A stretch of DNA of 64,000 bases from Candidatus Nomurabacteria bacterium (GTDB taxonomy: Bacteria; Patescibacteriota; Minisyncoccia; Phycocordibacterales; UBA9973). The notes under the pieces were generated by a model. That model was not told the origin of the DNA, made no database searches, and saw only the letters and a program-made list of their open reading frames with translations. The translations under genes were made by a program, and so were the position numbers. Positions 48,059-57,186 of this stretch are shown piece after piece (positions within the stretch are counted from its first letter, which is position 1; every line of letters begins with the position of its first letter). The stretch lies in contig JAPLXP010000003.1 of NCBI GenBank assembly GCA_026396015.1, forward strand, positions 26,626-90,625, in the 5' to 3' direction.

Positions 48059-48394
48059 ATGGCTACAACAAAAACAACTAAAAAAGCAGTAGAAAAGGTA
48101 GTAGATGAAAAGAAAGTTGCAAAGACACATCCTCTTATAAAAGGTCTTCGTATTACTGAAAAGGCAGCCAAGCAAGCTTTAAACAATGCCTACACATTCA
48201 ATGTGGCACCAAATGCAAATAAGAGTGAAATCAAAAAAGCAATCAAGATGATGTATGGTGTCTCACCAGTACGTGTGACTACTACACAAATCAAAGAAAA
48301 AATCACATTCCTTCGTGGAAAACTTGGAAAGAAACAAGGTGGTAAAAAGGCGGTCGTATATTTAAAGAAGGGCGATAAGATTGAATTTGTATAA
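48059..48394 (+). CDS. rplW: 50S ribosomal protein L23
   Basis: ITEKA, ANKSEIK, KKAVVYL. Confidence 0.96.
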   Translation: MATTKTTKKAVEKVVDEKKVAKTHPLIKGLRITEKAAKQALNNAYTFNVAPNANKSEIKKAIKMMYGVSPVRVTTTQIKEKITFLRGKLGKKQGGKKAVVYLKKGDKIEFV

Positions 48395-48399
48395 TTTTT

Positions 48400-49245
48400 A
48401 TGAAAACATATAAACCTACAACACCATCAAAGCGTCATCAGACTACTGTCTCTTACCGTAGCGTACTTACTACAGACAAGCCAGAAAAATCTTTGACTCA
48501 TGGATTCAAGCGTTCAGTTGGACGCAATCACCATGGTCGCATTACTACTCGCCATAAGGGGGGTGGTCACAAGCGTCTATATCGTGAAGTTGACTTTATG
48601 TACAACAAGCATGATATTCCTGCAAAGATTACTTCTATTGAATATGACCCAAACCGTAATGCATTTATCAGTCTCGCAGTATTTGCTGACGGAGAAAAGC
48701 GTTATGTAGTGGTTCCAAAATCAGTGAAAGTTGGAGATAAATTCATCGTTGGTGAAAAAGCTCCTCTTACAGTTGGAAACCGCGTTCCTCTAAAGTTTAT
48801 CCCAGTGGGTACATTCGTGTACAACATTGAGATAAAGCCAGGAAACGGTGGAAAGCTCGTACGATCTGCTGGAGCATTCGGACAAGTTGTTGCTAATGAT
48901 GCTGGTTTTACTAACATCAAGATGCCATCAACAGAAGTTCGTAAAGTTTCAGAAAATTGTTGGGCATGTATCGGTGAAGTTTCAAATGGTGAATATCATC
49001 TTCAGAATTTTGGTAAAGCTGGACGTTCACGCTGGAAGGGTATCCGCCCAACAGTACGTGGAAGTGCCATGAACCCTGTAGACCACCCATACGGAGGAGG
49101 TGAAGGAGCTCAAGGACGAGGTCTACGCCGTGCCAAGACTATGTGGGGAAAGCCATCTGGAAAGGGCCAAAAGACTCGTACACCAAAGAAATACTCAAAT
49201 ATGCACATTGTCTCACGACGACGTGTTGGAAAAGCAAAGAAGTAG
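48400..49245 (+). CDS. rplB: 50S ribosomal protein L2
   Basis: EYDPNR, VRGSAMNPVDHPYGGGEG. Confidence 0.99.
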   Translation: MKTYKPTTPSKRHQTTVSYRSVLTTDKPEKSLTHGFKRSVGRNHHGRITTRHKGGGHKRLYREVDFMYNKHDIPAKITSIEYDPNRNAFISLAVFADGEKRYVVVPKSVKVGDKFIVGEKAPLTVGNRVPLKFIPVGTFVYNIEIKPGNGGKLVRSAGAFGQVVANDAGFTNIKMPSTEVRKVSENCWACIGEVSNGEYHLQNFGKAGRSRWKGIRPTVRGSAMNPVDHPYGGGEGAQGRGLRRAKTMWGKPSGKGQKTRTPKKYSNMHIVSRRRVGKAKK

Positions 49246-49358
49246 AAAAAACAAAAATAGTCTATCCTATTTTAAAAAAGTTCTATCACAAAAAGCACCC
49301 GAAAGGGTGCTTTTTGATTGCTTGACAAAATTATACCAGAATATATACTTTGGTATAT

Positions 49359-49631
49359 ATGACTACAACAACAATGCTTATAAAAACAAATAAAGAATTA
49401 AAAACCAAGGCTCAAATTCTCGCAAAAGAGATGGGCCTACCTTTGGGTACTCTTATAAACAATTATTTAAAGACTTTTGTGATTGAAAGACAGGCTGTCT
49501 TTACTGCCCCAATGCCCAATAAAAAGACTATAAAGGCTATTGAACAGGCAAGACGTGATATAAAGGCAGGAAAGAATTTAGTTGGACCATTTGATAATGT
49601 AAAAGATATGATGAAAAGCCTCAATTCATAA
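49359..49631 (+). CDS. RelB/DinJ-family antitoxin
   Basis: RHH-like IKTNKELKTKAQ..A.EMGL.L, PNKKT..AI, GPFD....M..L. Confidence 0.85.
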   Translation: MTTTTMLIKTNKELKTKAQILAKEMGLPLGTLINNYLKTFVIERQAVFTAPMPNKKTIKAIEQARRDIKAGKNLVGPFDNVKDMMKSLNS

Positions 49632-49645
49632 TCTTTAAAAATAAT

Positions 49646-49903
49646 ATGATATTTGGTTATTCTCATTCATTTAAAAAAGATTATAAAAAACTTCCTCCTA
49701 AAATCAAGAAGCAACTTGGTATTAGGATTGAAATTTTTAAATTAAATCAATTTGATCGAATCCTGAATAATCATGCCGTACATCATCCATATACAGGATG
49801 TAGAAGTATAAATATTACAGGAGATTTACGAGCTTTGTATGAGGTAGATGGTGATAAACTCATATTTATCCGAATTGGTACGCATAGTGAATTATATGAA
49901 TAG
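49646..49903 (+). CDS. RelE/YafQ-family mRNA interferase toxin
   Basis: YSHSFKKDYKKL, LNNH, RSINITGDLRALY, IGTHSELY. Confidence 0.9.
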   Translation: MIFGYSHSFKKDYKKLPPKIKKQLGIRIEIFKLNQFDRILNNHAVHHPYTGCRSINITGDLRALYEVDGDKLIFIRIGTHSELYE

Positions 49904-49956
49904 TTAAATAAAGAAGCATCCGAAAGGGTACTTTTTGTTTATTTATTCTATATATT

Positions 49957-50236
49957 ATGGAAAATATAAAGCCTGAGGATTATGAAAATTCAAAATATAT
50001 AATTCAAAACAAAATAGATATTAATTTTAATAATTTATTAAAATCTCAAAAAGTCTTTTTAAAAGTATCTAAAATTTCTTTAGTAATCGCAATTCTTGGA
50101 TTTTTTTTGGAGTAATAGGTATATTGGTGATGGTGGCAGAAATGGAAACATTTTTATGTTTTCTGGCCCAGTTTCGTTTATTTCATTTTTGGGTTTTAAG
50201 TCTGATTCAGTAAGATTATCTAAAATAGAAAAATAG
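49957..50236 (+). pseudogene. Two-TM small protein frameshifted in a T8 tract
   Basis: Stops at 50113-50115; deleting one T at 50101-50108 gives a 92-aa ORF ending at TAG 50236, adjacent to the terminator repeat. Confidence 0.55.
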
Positions 50237-50349
50237 CAAAAAGCACCCACATGGGTGATTTTGATTGGGGGTAGGGGAAAAATTTGACAATTATTTTAAA
50301 TTTGCTAGTATAACCCTACGAGCTCAGTTAGAGCTTCTTTATATTGTAT

Positions 50350-50697
50350 ATGACAAGATCACTAAAAAAAGGCCCATATGTAGATGAAAGGCTCTTGAAA
50401 AAGATTGCCGGAAAAAAGCCGATTGAAACGGCTATGATTAAGACTTGGTCTCGACCATGTGTTATATCACCAGAAATGGTTGGTTTTATGTTCGGTGTAC
50501 ACAATGGTAAGACTCATGTCGAAGTATTAGTAAGTGAAGACATGGTGGGTCACCGATTGGGCGAATTCTCTCCTACAAAGAAATTCGTACGTCACGGAGG
50601 TAAAATGCAGAAAGAATTAGAACAGAAGAAAAAGGAGGCCGAGATTACAGCCGCAAAGTCAGCAAAGGCTACAACGACCGACACTAAGAAGAAATAA
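50350..50697 (+). CDS. rpsS: 30S ribosomal protein S19
   Basis: [24 protein letters not shown]; own TTGACA promoter at 50284. Confidence 0.98.
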   Translation: MTRSLKKGPYVDERLLKKIAGKKPIETAMIKTWSRPCVISPEMVGFMFGVHNGKTHVEVLVSEDMVGHRLGEFSPTKKFVRHGGKMQKELEQKKKEAEITAAKSAKATTTDTKKK

Positions 50698-50707
50698 TAT
50701 TTAATTT

Positions 50708-51130
50708 ATGAAAGCATTTCTAAAAAACTATAGACAGTCTCCTCGCAAGGTTCGCCTTGTAGCGGGACTCATTAAAGGCAAAAGGGTTGCTGATGCTAAC
50801 ACGCATCTGTCTTTCTTACCAAAGAGAGCATCACTTCCTATACAAAAGCTACTGAATTCAGCTGTTGCGAATGCAAAGCACGCTGGTATCAATACAGATA
50901 ATCTGATCGTGGCTACAGTTACAGTAGACAAGGGTATCGTCATGAAGAGATTCATGCCTCGTGCTCGTGGTTCTGCTTCACGCATCAACAAGCGCACAAG
51001 TCACGTAGTACTAACTCTTGCTGAGAAGGTAACTACAGAAAAAAAGTCGAAATCAACACCAAAGAAAGTATTGGCCTTAAAAGTAGCAAAGACTACAAAG
51101 AAGGTTACAAAAACTGCTAAAAAAGCTTAA
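50708..51130 (+). CDS. rplV: 50S ribosomal protein L22
   Basis: SPRKVRLVA, PRARG, KRTSH. Confidence 0.98.
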   Translation: MKAFLKNYRQSPRKVRLVAGLIKGKRVADANTHLSFLPKRASLPIQKLLNSAVANAKHAGINTDNLIVATVTVDKGIVMKRFMPRARGSASRINKRTSHVVLTLAEKVTTEKKSKSTPKKVLALKVAKTTKKVTKTAKKA

Positions 51131-51143
51131 TCTATAATATTAT

Positions 51144-51806
51144 ATGTCAAAAGTTGTCCATCCATACGCACATAGAATTGTAATCCTCCGTGATTGGAAA
51201 TCACGCTGGTTTGCTGATAAGAAATACAGTGACTTGCTAGCAAGTGACGTTGTTATCCGTGAATTCCTAGCAAAGAAGCTACGTGGTTTTTATGTTTCTC
51301 GTGTTGATATTGAAAGAAATGCAAAAGCAACAAAGGTTATCGTTCACACATCTCGCCCTGGTATGATCATCGGACGTGGAGGGGATGGTGCTACAAAGCT
51401 AAAGGCAGATATAATCAAGGCCCTAGCAAAGCGTAGAATCAAGGCTACTGAAGATTTGAAGCTCGACATAGTCGAAGTATCAAATCCAGATGCAGATGCT
51501 GCTATCGTGGCATGTATGATCGCTGAAGGTCTAGAAAAGCGTCTTCCTTACCGCCGTGTACTAAAGCAGACAATCGAAAAGGTTATGGGTGCTCGTGGAG
51601 TAAAGGGAGCACGTATATTCCTAGGTGGACGTCTTGCTGGTTCAGAAATAGCTCGTACAGAAAATATTAAACGTGGTTCTATTCCTCTTCAAACTTTTCG
51701 TGCTGACGTTGATTTCGCTCGCGAAAAGGCCCACATGAGTTATGGAGATATCGGTATCAAGGTCTGGATTTACCGTGGTGAAGTCTTTAGTGACGAAAAA
51801 AAGTAA
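51144..51806 (+). CDS. rpsC: 30S ribosomal protein S3
   Basis: RPGMIIGRGG, GRLAGSEIAR, PLQTFRA. Confidence 0.98.
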   Translation: MSKVVHPYAHRIVILRDWKSRWFADKKYSDLLASDVVIREFLAKKLRGFYVSRVDIERNAKATKVIVHTSRPGMIIGRGGDGATKLKADIIKALAKRRIKATEDLKLDIVEVSNPDADAAIVACMIAEGLEKRLPYRRVLKQTIEKVMGARGVKGARIFLGGRLAGSEIARTENIKRGSIPLQTFRADVDFAREKAHMSYGDIGIKVWIYRGEVFSDEKK

Positions 51807-51819
51807 TTAAATAATCTTT

Positions 51820-52242
51820 ATGTTATTACCCAAAAAAGTAAAATTTAGAAAATGGCACACAGGTCGCAAGAGCGAATCTCGTATGCAAAGTGGAGTTGAG
51901 ACTCGTGGTCTTACTGTTGCTTTTGGTTCTTATGGCCTAAAAGCTATATCAGCTGGACGCATCAAATCAAACCAACTAGAATCTGCTCGTAAGGCTGCTA
52001 CTCGTGCAGCTACAAAGGCAGCTCGCATCTGGATCCGTGTTTTCCCTGATAGACCATTTACAGCAAAGCCAGCAGAGGTAGGTATGGGAAAGGGTAAAGG
52101 AGATCCACAAGGTTACTGCGTAGAAATATTCCCTGGACGTATGTTATTTGAAGTAGATGGTATTCCAGAGGCTCTTGCAAAAGAAGCACTCCGAAAAGCC
52201 GGTACAAAGTTACCAGTTAAGACTCGCGTGGTAGCACGATAA
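51820..52242 (+). CDS. rplP: 50S ribosomal protein L16
   Basis: WIRVFPD, MGKGKG. Confidence 0.98.
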   Translation: MLLPKKVKFRKWHTGRKSESRMQSGVETRGLTVAFGSYGLKAISAGRIKSNQLESARKAATRAATKAARIWIRVFPDRPFTAKPAEVGMGKGKGDPQGYCVEIFPGRMLFEVDGIPEALAKEALRKAGTKLPVKTRVVAR

Positions 52243-52247
52243 TATAT

Positions 52248-52490
52248 ATGAACACAACAAAGATAAATAAGAATAAAGTACTCAAAGGAGTTGTAACAAG
52301 TGATAAGATGGATAAGACAATCGTAGTATCTGTAACTCGCTTCGTAGAACACGCAAAGTACGGAAAGCGAATCAAGAAGAGCAAGAAATACAAGGCTCAT
52401 GATGAAAACAACACAAAGAAAATTGGCGATGTAGTCGAAATCGAAGAGACAAAACCAATGTCAAAAGACAAGCATTTTAAGGTAATATAG
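52248..52490 (+). CDS. rpsQ: 30S ribosomal protein S17
   Basis: [21 protein letters not shown]. Confidence 0.98.
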   Translation: MNTTKINKNKVLKGVVTSDKMDKTIVVSVTRFVEHAKYGKRIKKSKKYKAHDENNTKKIGDVVEIEETKPMSKDKHFKVI

Positions 52491-52562
52491 AATTAGTTTA
52501 TAGTAGCTAGGGGCTAGGTTCTAGGGATTGAATTCACTAGAAACTAGAAACTAGAACCTAAT
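52488..52562. repeat. CTAG-core heptamer repeat palindrome (rpsQ-rplN spacer)
   Basis: tagctag/gggctag/gttctag arm facing a ctagaaa/ctagaaa/ctagaac arm. Confidence 0.75.
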
Positions 52563-52571
52563 CAAAAATTT

Positions 52572-52943
52572 ATGATACAAGACGGAACAGTAGTAAAGAT
52601 CACAGATAATGCCGGCGGTAAAGTCGGAAAGGTTTTCAAAGTGCTTGGATCTTCAAAGCGTCGTTATGCTGGTATCGGTGACCGTGTAGTCCTCTCAGTA
52701 AAAGTTGCTGAACCTCGCAAGGGTGTAAAGAAAAAGGATGTTCTACAGGCTGTCGTTGTACGTACTACAAATGCATTTCGCCGTAAGGATGGTTCATACA
52801 TCCGTTTTGATGACAACGCAGTTGTAATCTTAGAAAAGGACAAGCAGGATCCAAAAGCAGGTCGTGTGTTCGGTCCAATTCCTCGTGAATTGGCAGAACG
52901 TGGTTACCAAAAGATCATATCTTTGGCACCAGAGGTGATTTAA
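52572..52943 (+). CDS. rplN: 50S ribosomal protein L14
   Basis: IRFDDNAVV, RVFGPIPREL, SLAPEVI. Confidence 0.98.
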   Translation: MIQDGTVVKITDNAGGKVGKVFKVLGSSKRRYAGIGDRVVLSVKVAEPRKGVKKKDVLQAVVVRTTNAFRRKDGSYIRFDDNAVVILEKDKQDPKAGRVFGPIPRELAERGYQKIISLAPEVI

Positions 52944-52961
52944 TAATTTCAATATAATATT

Positions 52962-53177
52962 ATGCACGTAAAAAAAGGAGACAATGTAATAGTTATTGCC
53001 GGAGGAAGTAAAGGAAAGAAAGGCAAAATCGAAAAGGCAATCCCAACTTCAAACATGGTGGTTATTGAAGGTGTTAACATCAAAAAGAAGCACATGAAAG
53101 CTACTCGCGGAGCAAAAGGTCAAATCGTAGAAAAGGCTATGCCTATCCACGTTTCTAATGTTAAGAAAGTAAGTTAA
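52962..53177 (+). CDS. rplX: 50S ribosomal protein L24 (short form)
   Basis: [23 protein letters not shown]; 71 aa. Confidence 0.96.
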   Translation: MHVKKGDNVIVIAGGSKGKKGKIEKAIPTSNMVVIEGVNIKKKHMKATRGAKGQIVEKAMPIHVSNVKKVS

Positions 53178-53184
53178 AATATTT

Positions 53185-53724
53185 ATGGAAACAACAAAGA
53201 CAAAAGAAAAGAAGGCATACAGTACAATGAAGGCTGAATTCGGCTACAAGAGTAGTATGGCAGCCCCACGCCTCACAAAGGTAGTAGTTGCTTGCGGTAC
53301 TGGTTCAGGTGTAAAGCGTGATAAGGATCGCAATAAATTTATTGCTGATCGTATCGCAAAGATCACTGGACAGAAGCCATCACTCCGTGGAGCAAAGAAA
53401 TCAATTGCATCATTCAAGGTTCGTGAAGGGGATCCAGTAGGAGTCATGGTGACTCTACGTGGAGCTCGTATGTACGGATTCCTAGACAAGCTAATCAATG
53501 TAGCTATCCCTCGTACAAAGGACTTTCGTGGAATTGAACGCAAGATCGTAGACAACATCGGTAATCTGACTATGTCTATCAAGGAGCACACAATCTTCCC
53601 AGAGACTGGCGACGAAGAACTAAAGGATGTATTCGGTCTAGCAGTCACAATCGTGACTACAGCTGGAGACAAGAAAGAGGCTACAAAATTCTTTGAGCTT
53701 ATCGGTGTACCATTCAAGAAATAA
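53185..53724 (+). CDS. rplE: 50S ribosomal protein L5
   Basis: ITGQKP, KSIASFKVREG, PRTKDFRG, GVPFKK. Confidence 0.98.
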   Translation: METTKTKEKKAYSTMKAEFGYKSSMAAPRLTKVVVACGTGSGVKRDKDRNKFIADRIAKITGQKPSLRGAKKSIASFKVREGDPVGVMVTLRGARMYGFLDKLINVAIPRTKDFRGIERKIVDNIGNLTMSIKEHTIFPETGDEELKDVFGLAVTIVTTAGDKKEATKFFELIGVPFKK

Positions 53725-53808
53725 TCTAGTTTTCATAAAAATCCCTCATCCGAGGGATTTTTTGTTAGTTATGGCGCATAATTCATTTATGTGGTATTAT
53801 ATTTGTAT

Positions 53809-54027
53809 ATGAAATTCCCAAGTGTTATACAATTTTTTATCCAAAATGCTGAAGAGGGGGGTTACACCGCTTCTGCTGTTGGTTATTCTATTTATACTCA
53901 AGGAGAGACCCTCGATGAAACTGTTCGCAATATAACAGAAGCAGTTGAATGTCATTTCGGAGAAGATGAAGTAAAATCACGTTCTCTTCCCATTATGGTT
54001 AATTTTGCAGTGCCTACATTGGCGTAA
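53809..54027 (+). CDS. hicB: HicB-family antitoxin (short, no DNA-binding domain)
   Basis: EEGGYTA.....IYTQGETLDE..RNITEAVECHF. Confidence 0.85.
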   Translation: MKFPSVIQFFIQNAEEGGYTASAVGYSIYTQGETLDETVRNITEAVECHFGEDEVKSRSLPIMVNFAVPTLA

Positions 54028-54032
54028 TCTCT

Positions 54033-54272
54033 ATGCAGAAATTGAAGCAACTTTCAGGCAGGGAAGTAGTAAAAATTTTTGAATCCCATGGTTTTCAAGT
54101 AAAACGAATAGTAGGAAGTCATACTCGACTGACATTACTTAAAGATGATAATTCCTACCATGTGACTATTCCACTCCACAATCCGGTCAAAAAGGGGACA
54201 CTGCACAGTATTATGAAAGATTTTGAACTTTGTTTTGGAAAAGAAGAAACAAATAAATGCTTTTATAATTAA
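54033..54272 (+). CDS. hicA: HicA-family toxin
   Basis: SGREVVKIFE.HGF...RI.GSH......VTIPLH.P.KKGTL.SI. Confidence 0.9.
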   Translation: MQKLKQLSGREVVKIFESHGFQVKRIVGSHTRLTLLKDDNSYHVTIPLHNPVKKGTLHSIMKDFELCFGKEETNKCFYN

Positions 54273-54398
54273 TGACAAAATTCTTTGAGGCTTTAGGTGT
54301 ACCATTCAAAAAAGCATAATCTAGTTTTCATAAAATCCCTCATTTGAGGGATTTTTATCTGTTACAAAATTTACATCCAAATATGGTATAATAAGATT

Positions 54399-55181
54399 AT
54401 GAAAAAAATATTAATTGTTTTATTAGTCCTGCTTGTTTTTTGTAGTCTTTTTTATTTTTTAAAAAATAATTCTATTAATATATTAGATAAACCTTCTCCT
54501 CAAATAGAGAATATTAAAACTCAAGCAAGCGAGACAACAAAAACCGAGAATAATATTCAAACAAATCCTAATATTTTACAAGCTGGGTCAATTAGACTTA
54601 TAGAACCATTTGATGGTGAAAAGTTAATCTCTGGTTCTAAAATCAGTGTGCAGTATGAGATATTAGGACCTATAAAATTTGGGTCTATTTTAATATCAAA
54701 GGATTGTAATCATACAATAAATTTACAAGAAAATATTGGAAAACATTCATTTGATTGCACTTTACCAAAAACAATTGGCAATTTAAAGATTGGAATTCAA
54801 GAAATGATATATTCACCAAAGGTAGAAAGTAAAGAGGCGAATGGAAATTTAACTTTAATTGAATCAAATGATTTATCAGTTAAGGATATCTTATATTACC
54901 CTGAACAAATTTTTATGGATGCAACACCTAAAAAACAAAATGATGGGTACGTGTCATTTAAAGTACTTTATAGTGATGGAACAAAAAACGAAGTTGATAC
55001 CTCGTTGTTCGATATTCATATTAAAGATGAATCAGTTGCTTCAATTTTTGGGAAGTCAAATGGAGGGATTGTCAGCTTGGATGGAAAAAAAGAGGGTCAA
55101 ACTCAAATGATTGTTAATTATAAAGGTATCAATAAAATTATTCCAATTGAAGTTTATCCTCACGACGATTCTTTACAATAG
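54399..55181 (+). CDS. Membrane-anchored hypothetical protein with Ig-like C-terminal domain
   Basis: N-terminal TM helix; V.YSDG....V......I.D..VA.I...G...G.K.G.T...V.Y.G (Big_2-like). Confidence 0.7.
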   Translation: MKKILIVLLVLLVFCSLFYFLKNNSINILDKPSPQIENIKTQASETTKTENNIQTNPNILQAGSIRLIEPFDGEKLISGSKISVQYEILGPIKFGSILISKDCNHTINLQENIGKHSFDCTLPKTIGNLKIGIQEMIYSPKVESKEANGNLTLIESNDLSVKDILYYPEQIFMDATPKKQNDGYVSFKVLYSDGTKNEVDTSLFDIHIKDESVASIFGKSNGGIVSLDGKKEGQTQMIVNYKGINKIIPIEVYPHDDSLQ

Positions 55182-55204
55182 TTCTATTTATAAATCTAAA
55201 AAAT

Positions 55205-55459
55205 ATGAATGAAATAAAACCATTAGTGAATAATCCCAATATCAATAAACTCAAAACACCAACTTTAGCTATCATCCTACTTAGTAGTGGAATAGTATGT
55301 TTTGGTTTATTCTTTTTTCTATTAATGTACTCATGTAAAGGGGATGATTTTGTTTGTGGAATAGGTTTATTCATTAAAGGCATGGTAATAATACTACCTG
55401 CTTCACTAGTACTATTGATTTGGGGGTTGATTGAGCTTCATAAATTTTTCAAGAAATAA
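55205..55459 (+). CDS. Two-TM small protein whose stop codon lies in an rplE-tail repeat
   Basis: Two hydrophobic helices; ends ttc aag aaa taa, the same as rplE. Confidence 0.7.
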   Translation: MNEIKPLVNNPNINKLKTPTLAIILLSSGIVCFGLFFFLLMYSCKGDDFVCGIGLFIKGMVIILPASLVLLIWGLIELHKFFKK

Positions 55460-55544
55460 TCTCGTTTCCATAAAAATCCCTCAATGAGGGGTTTTTTGTA
55501 CGTGTGTGATAAAATTATGATAGATTTTTATTAACTTATATTTT

Positions 55545-56771
55545 ATGCAATCAAATATTTTTAAAAGATTTTTTGTTTTGATTCTGATCTTCCTGATTCC
55601 TATCTCCAATGCTTTTGCTCGTGGCGGCGGGGGAGGGTCTGGCGGCGGGGGCTCTGGTAGTGGTAGTTCTGGTGGAGGGTCTTTACTCCAGCCAGCTGTT
55701 GCTTTGATGGTCTTCATTACTATTACAATAGTAGGTGTTTATAATAGGAATAAGAAACTTAAACAAACAAAATCATTATTGGAAAAGGCCGTATCTTCAG
55801 ACCCAGCCTGGGGCGAGGCTGGAATAAAACAAATAGCGTCAGATACCTTTAATAAATTCCAAAAAGATTGGAGTGATTTTAATTGTGATGGTATGAAGTC
55901 TTATTTGACTGAGAGTTTCTATCAGAGGGTGTCTTTGGAATTGAACGTCTTAAAAAATCAAAAAAGACAAAATCTCATGTCAGATGTGTATTTGGGTAGT
56001 GTGGTTGTTTGGAATTTAAAAGATAACGAAGGGGTAAATAGTGATTCTGTAACACTTGAAATGTCTGCTTCTGCAAAGGACCAGCTTGTAGACCTTGAAT
56101 GCAATAAAGTTTTGTATACTGATAGTGAACCCTTTATCGAATATTGGACTTTTGTGAGGGTCAACAGTGGGTGGAAATTGAATTTGATAGAGCAAGCCAC
56201 AGAAGATAGGGCTATGAGAGAGGATTCTATTGCAGATTTTGCAGAACGTAACAAATTCTTTTATGATGCTGACTTTGGTTGGCTCATGATGCCTTTGAAT
56301 GGAGTCGTATTCAGAAAGGGGAATCTGACTGTGTCAGATATAAATAATCATGTCATTGGTTCATTCAAGGATAAAATCGTTGAATTTTATACATTCATTC
56401 CAAACCCACAGTCATTTTCTAAAAAGAACTATATTGTCGCTCAGGCCATACTGCCAATAAAATACAAGGATATTCTGGTTAGAAGGAAGAGAATGTTGTT
56501 CAACCTTAGTCCACGTGGACTAAGGAGGGTCAGGACAGAGAGCAACGATTTTGACCGCAAATTCTGCCTCTGGGCGCATCCTCAGGATCAGATTAATTCA
56601 TTCGAGCTATTAACTCCTGATTTTATGGTCAAGATTTATGATCTGCCGTTTGAGTTGAATATCGAGATAGTAGACAATATCCTGTATTTCTATGCTGAAT
56701 CTAGGAAGGATATAGATTACGACGTTATGCTCGATCTCCTGGGTAGAGCATTTGACGATATGGAAAGATAA
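55545..56771 (+). CDS. TIM44-like domain protein
   Basis: Signal peptide + ARGGGGGSGGG, TM helix, F.K.Q.DW, EYWTFVR...GWKL..IEQ. Confidence 0.75.
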   Translation: MQSNIFKRFFVLILIFLIPISNAFARGGGGGSGGGGSGSGSSGGGSLLQPAVALMVFITITIVGVYNRNKKLKQTKSLLEKAVSSDPAWGEAGIKQIASDTFNKFQKDWSDFNCDGMKSYLTESFYQRVSLELNVLKNQKRQNLMSDVYLGSVVVWNLKDNEGVNSDSVTLEMSASAKDQLVDLECNKVLYTDSEPFIEYWTFVRVNSGWKLNLIEQATEDRAMREDSIADFAERNKFFYDADFGWLMMPLNGVVFRKGNLTVSDINNHVIGSFKDKIVEFYTFIPNPQSFSKKNYIVAQAILPIKYKDILVRRKRMLFNLSPRGLRRVRTESNDFDRKFCLWAHPQDQINSFELLTPDFMVKIYDLPFELNIEIVDNILYFYAESRKDIDYDVMLDLLGRAFDDMER

Positions 56772-56810
56772 TAAAGTCCCCGAAAGGGGCTTTTATTATT
56801 GTTTTTGCAT

Positions 56811-56971
56811 TTGACATTATCCTACCTATCTGATAGGATAGGGGGACGTGATTGATGGATCCGTTCTTCTCCTTAAGAGATAATAATACTTTTAAGAAAA
56901 GGAATGAGATATCGCAATCATATCCCTAGGGTATATCCCTCGGGTCAGTTTTATTAAAGATAAATTATAAT
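56811..56971 (+). promoter_or_regulatory. Internal promoter and long structured leader of rpsN
   Basis: TTGACA-17-TAGGAT (TG-extended); imperfect hairpin ~56848-56921. Confidence 0.55.
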
Positions 56972-57157
56972 ATGGCAAAAACATCAGTTATAGCAAGACA
57001 TTTAAAGAAGAGTAAGTTTACATCTCGAGAAACAAATCGTTGTTTTCGTTGTGGTCGTGGACATGCATTTATGAGAGATTTCGGTCTATGTCGTATCTGT
57101 TTCCGTGAACTAGCTAATGAAGGTATGCTACCAGGTGTTCGTAAGTCTTCTTGGTAA
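56972..57157 (+). CDS. rpsN: 30S ribosomal protein S14 type Z
   Basis: RCFRCGR...LCRICFRE; 61 aa. Confidence 0.98.
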   Translation: MAKTSVIARHLKKSKFTSRETNRCFRCGRGHAFMRDFGLCRICFRELANEGMLPGVRKSSW

Positions 57158-57186
57158 TCTCAAAATAAACTTTTAACTAAAAATAT

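Larger units (their letters stand above)
49289..50267 (+). mobile_element. Cassette stack A between rplB and rpsS, bounded by three homologous terminator repeats
   Basis: caaaaagcacccgaaagggtgctttttgattg (49289), aagaagcatccgaaagggtactttttg (49911), caaaaagcacccacatgggtgattttgattg (50237). Confidence 0.65.
53683..56795 (+). mobile_element. Cassette stack B between rplE and rpsN, delimited by copies of the rplE 3' end plus terminator
   Basis: Repeats at 53683-53763, 54275-54356 and 55448-55499. Confidence 0.75.
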
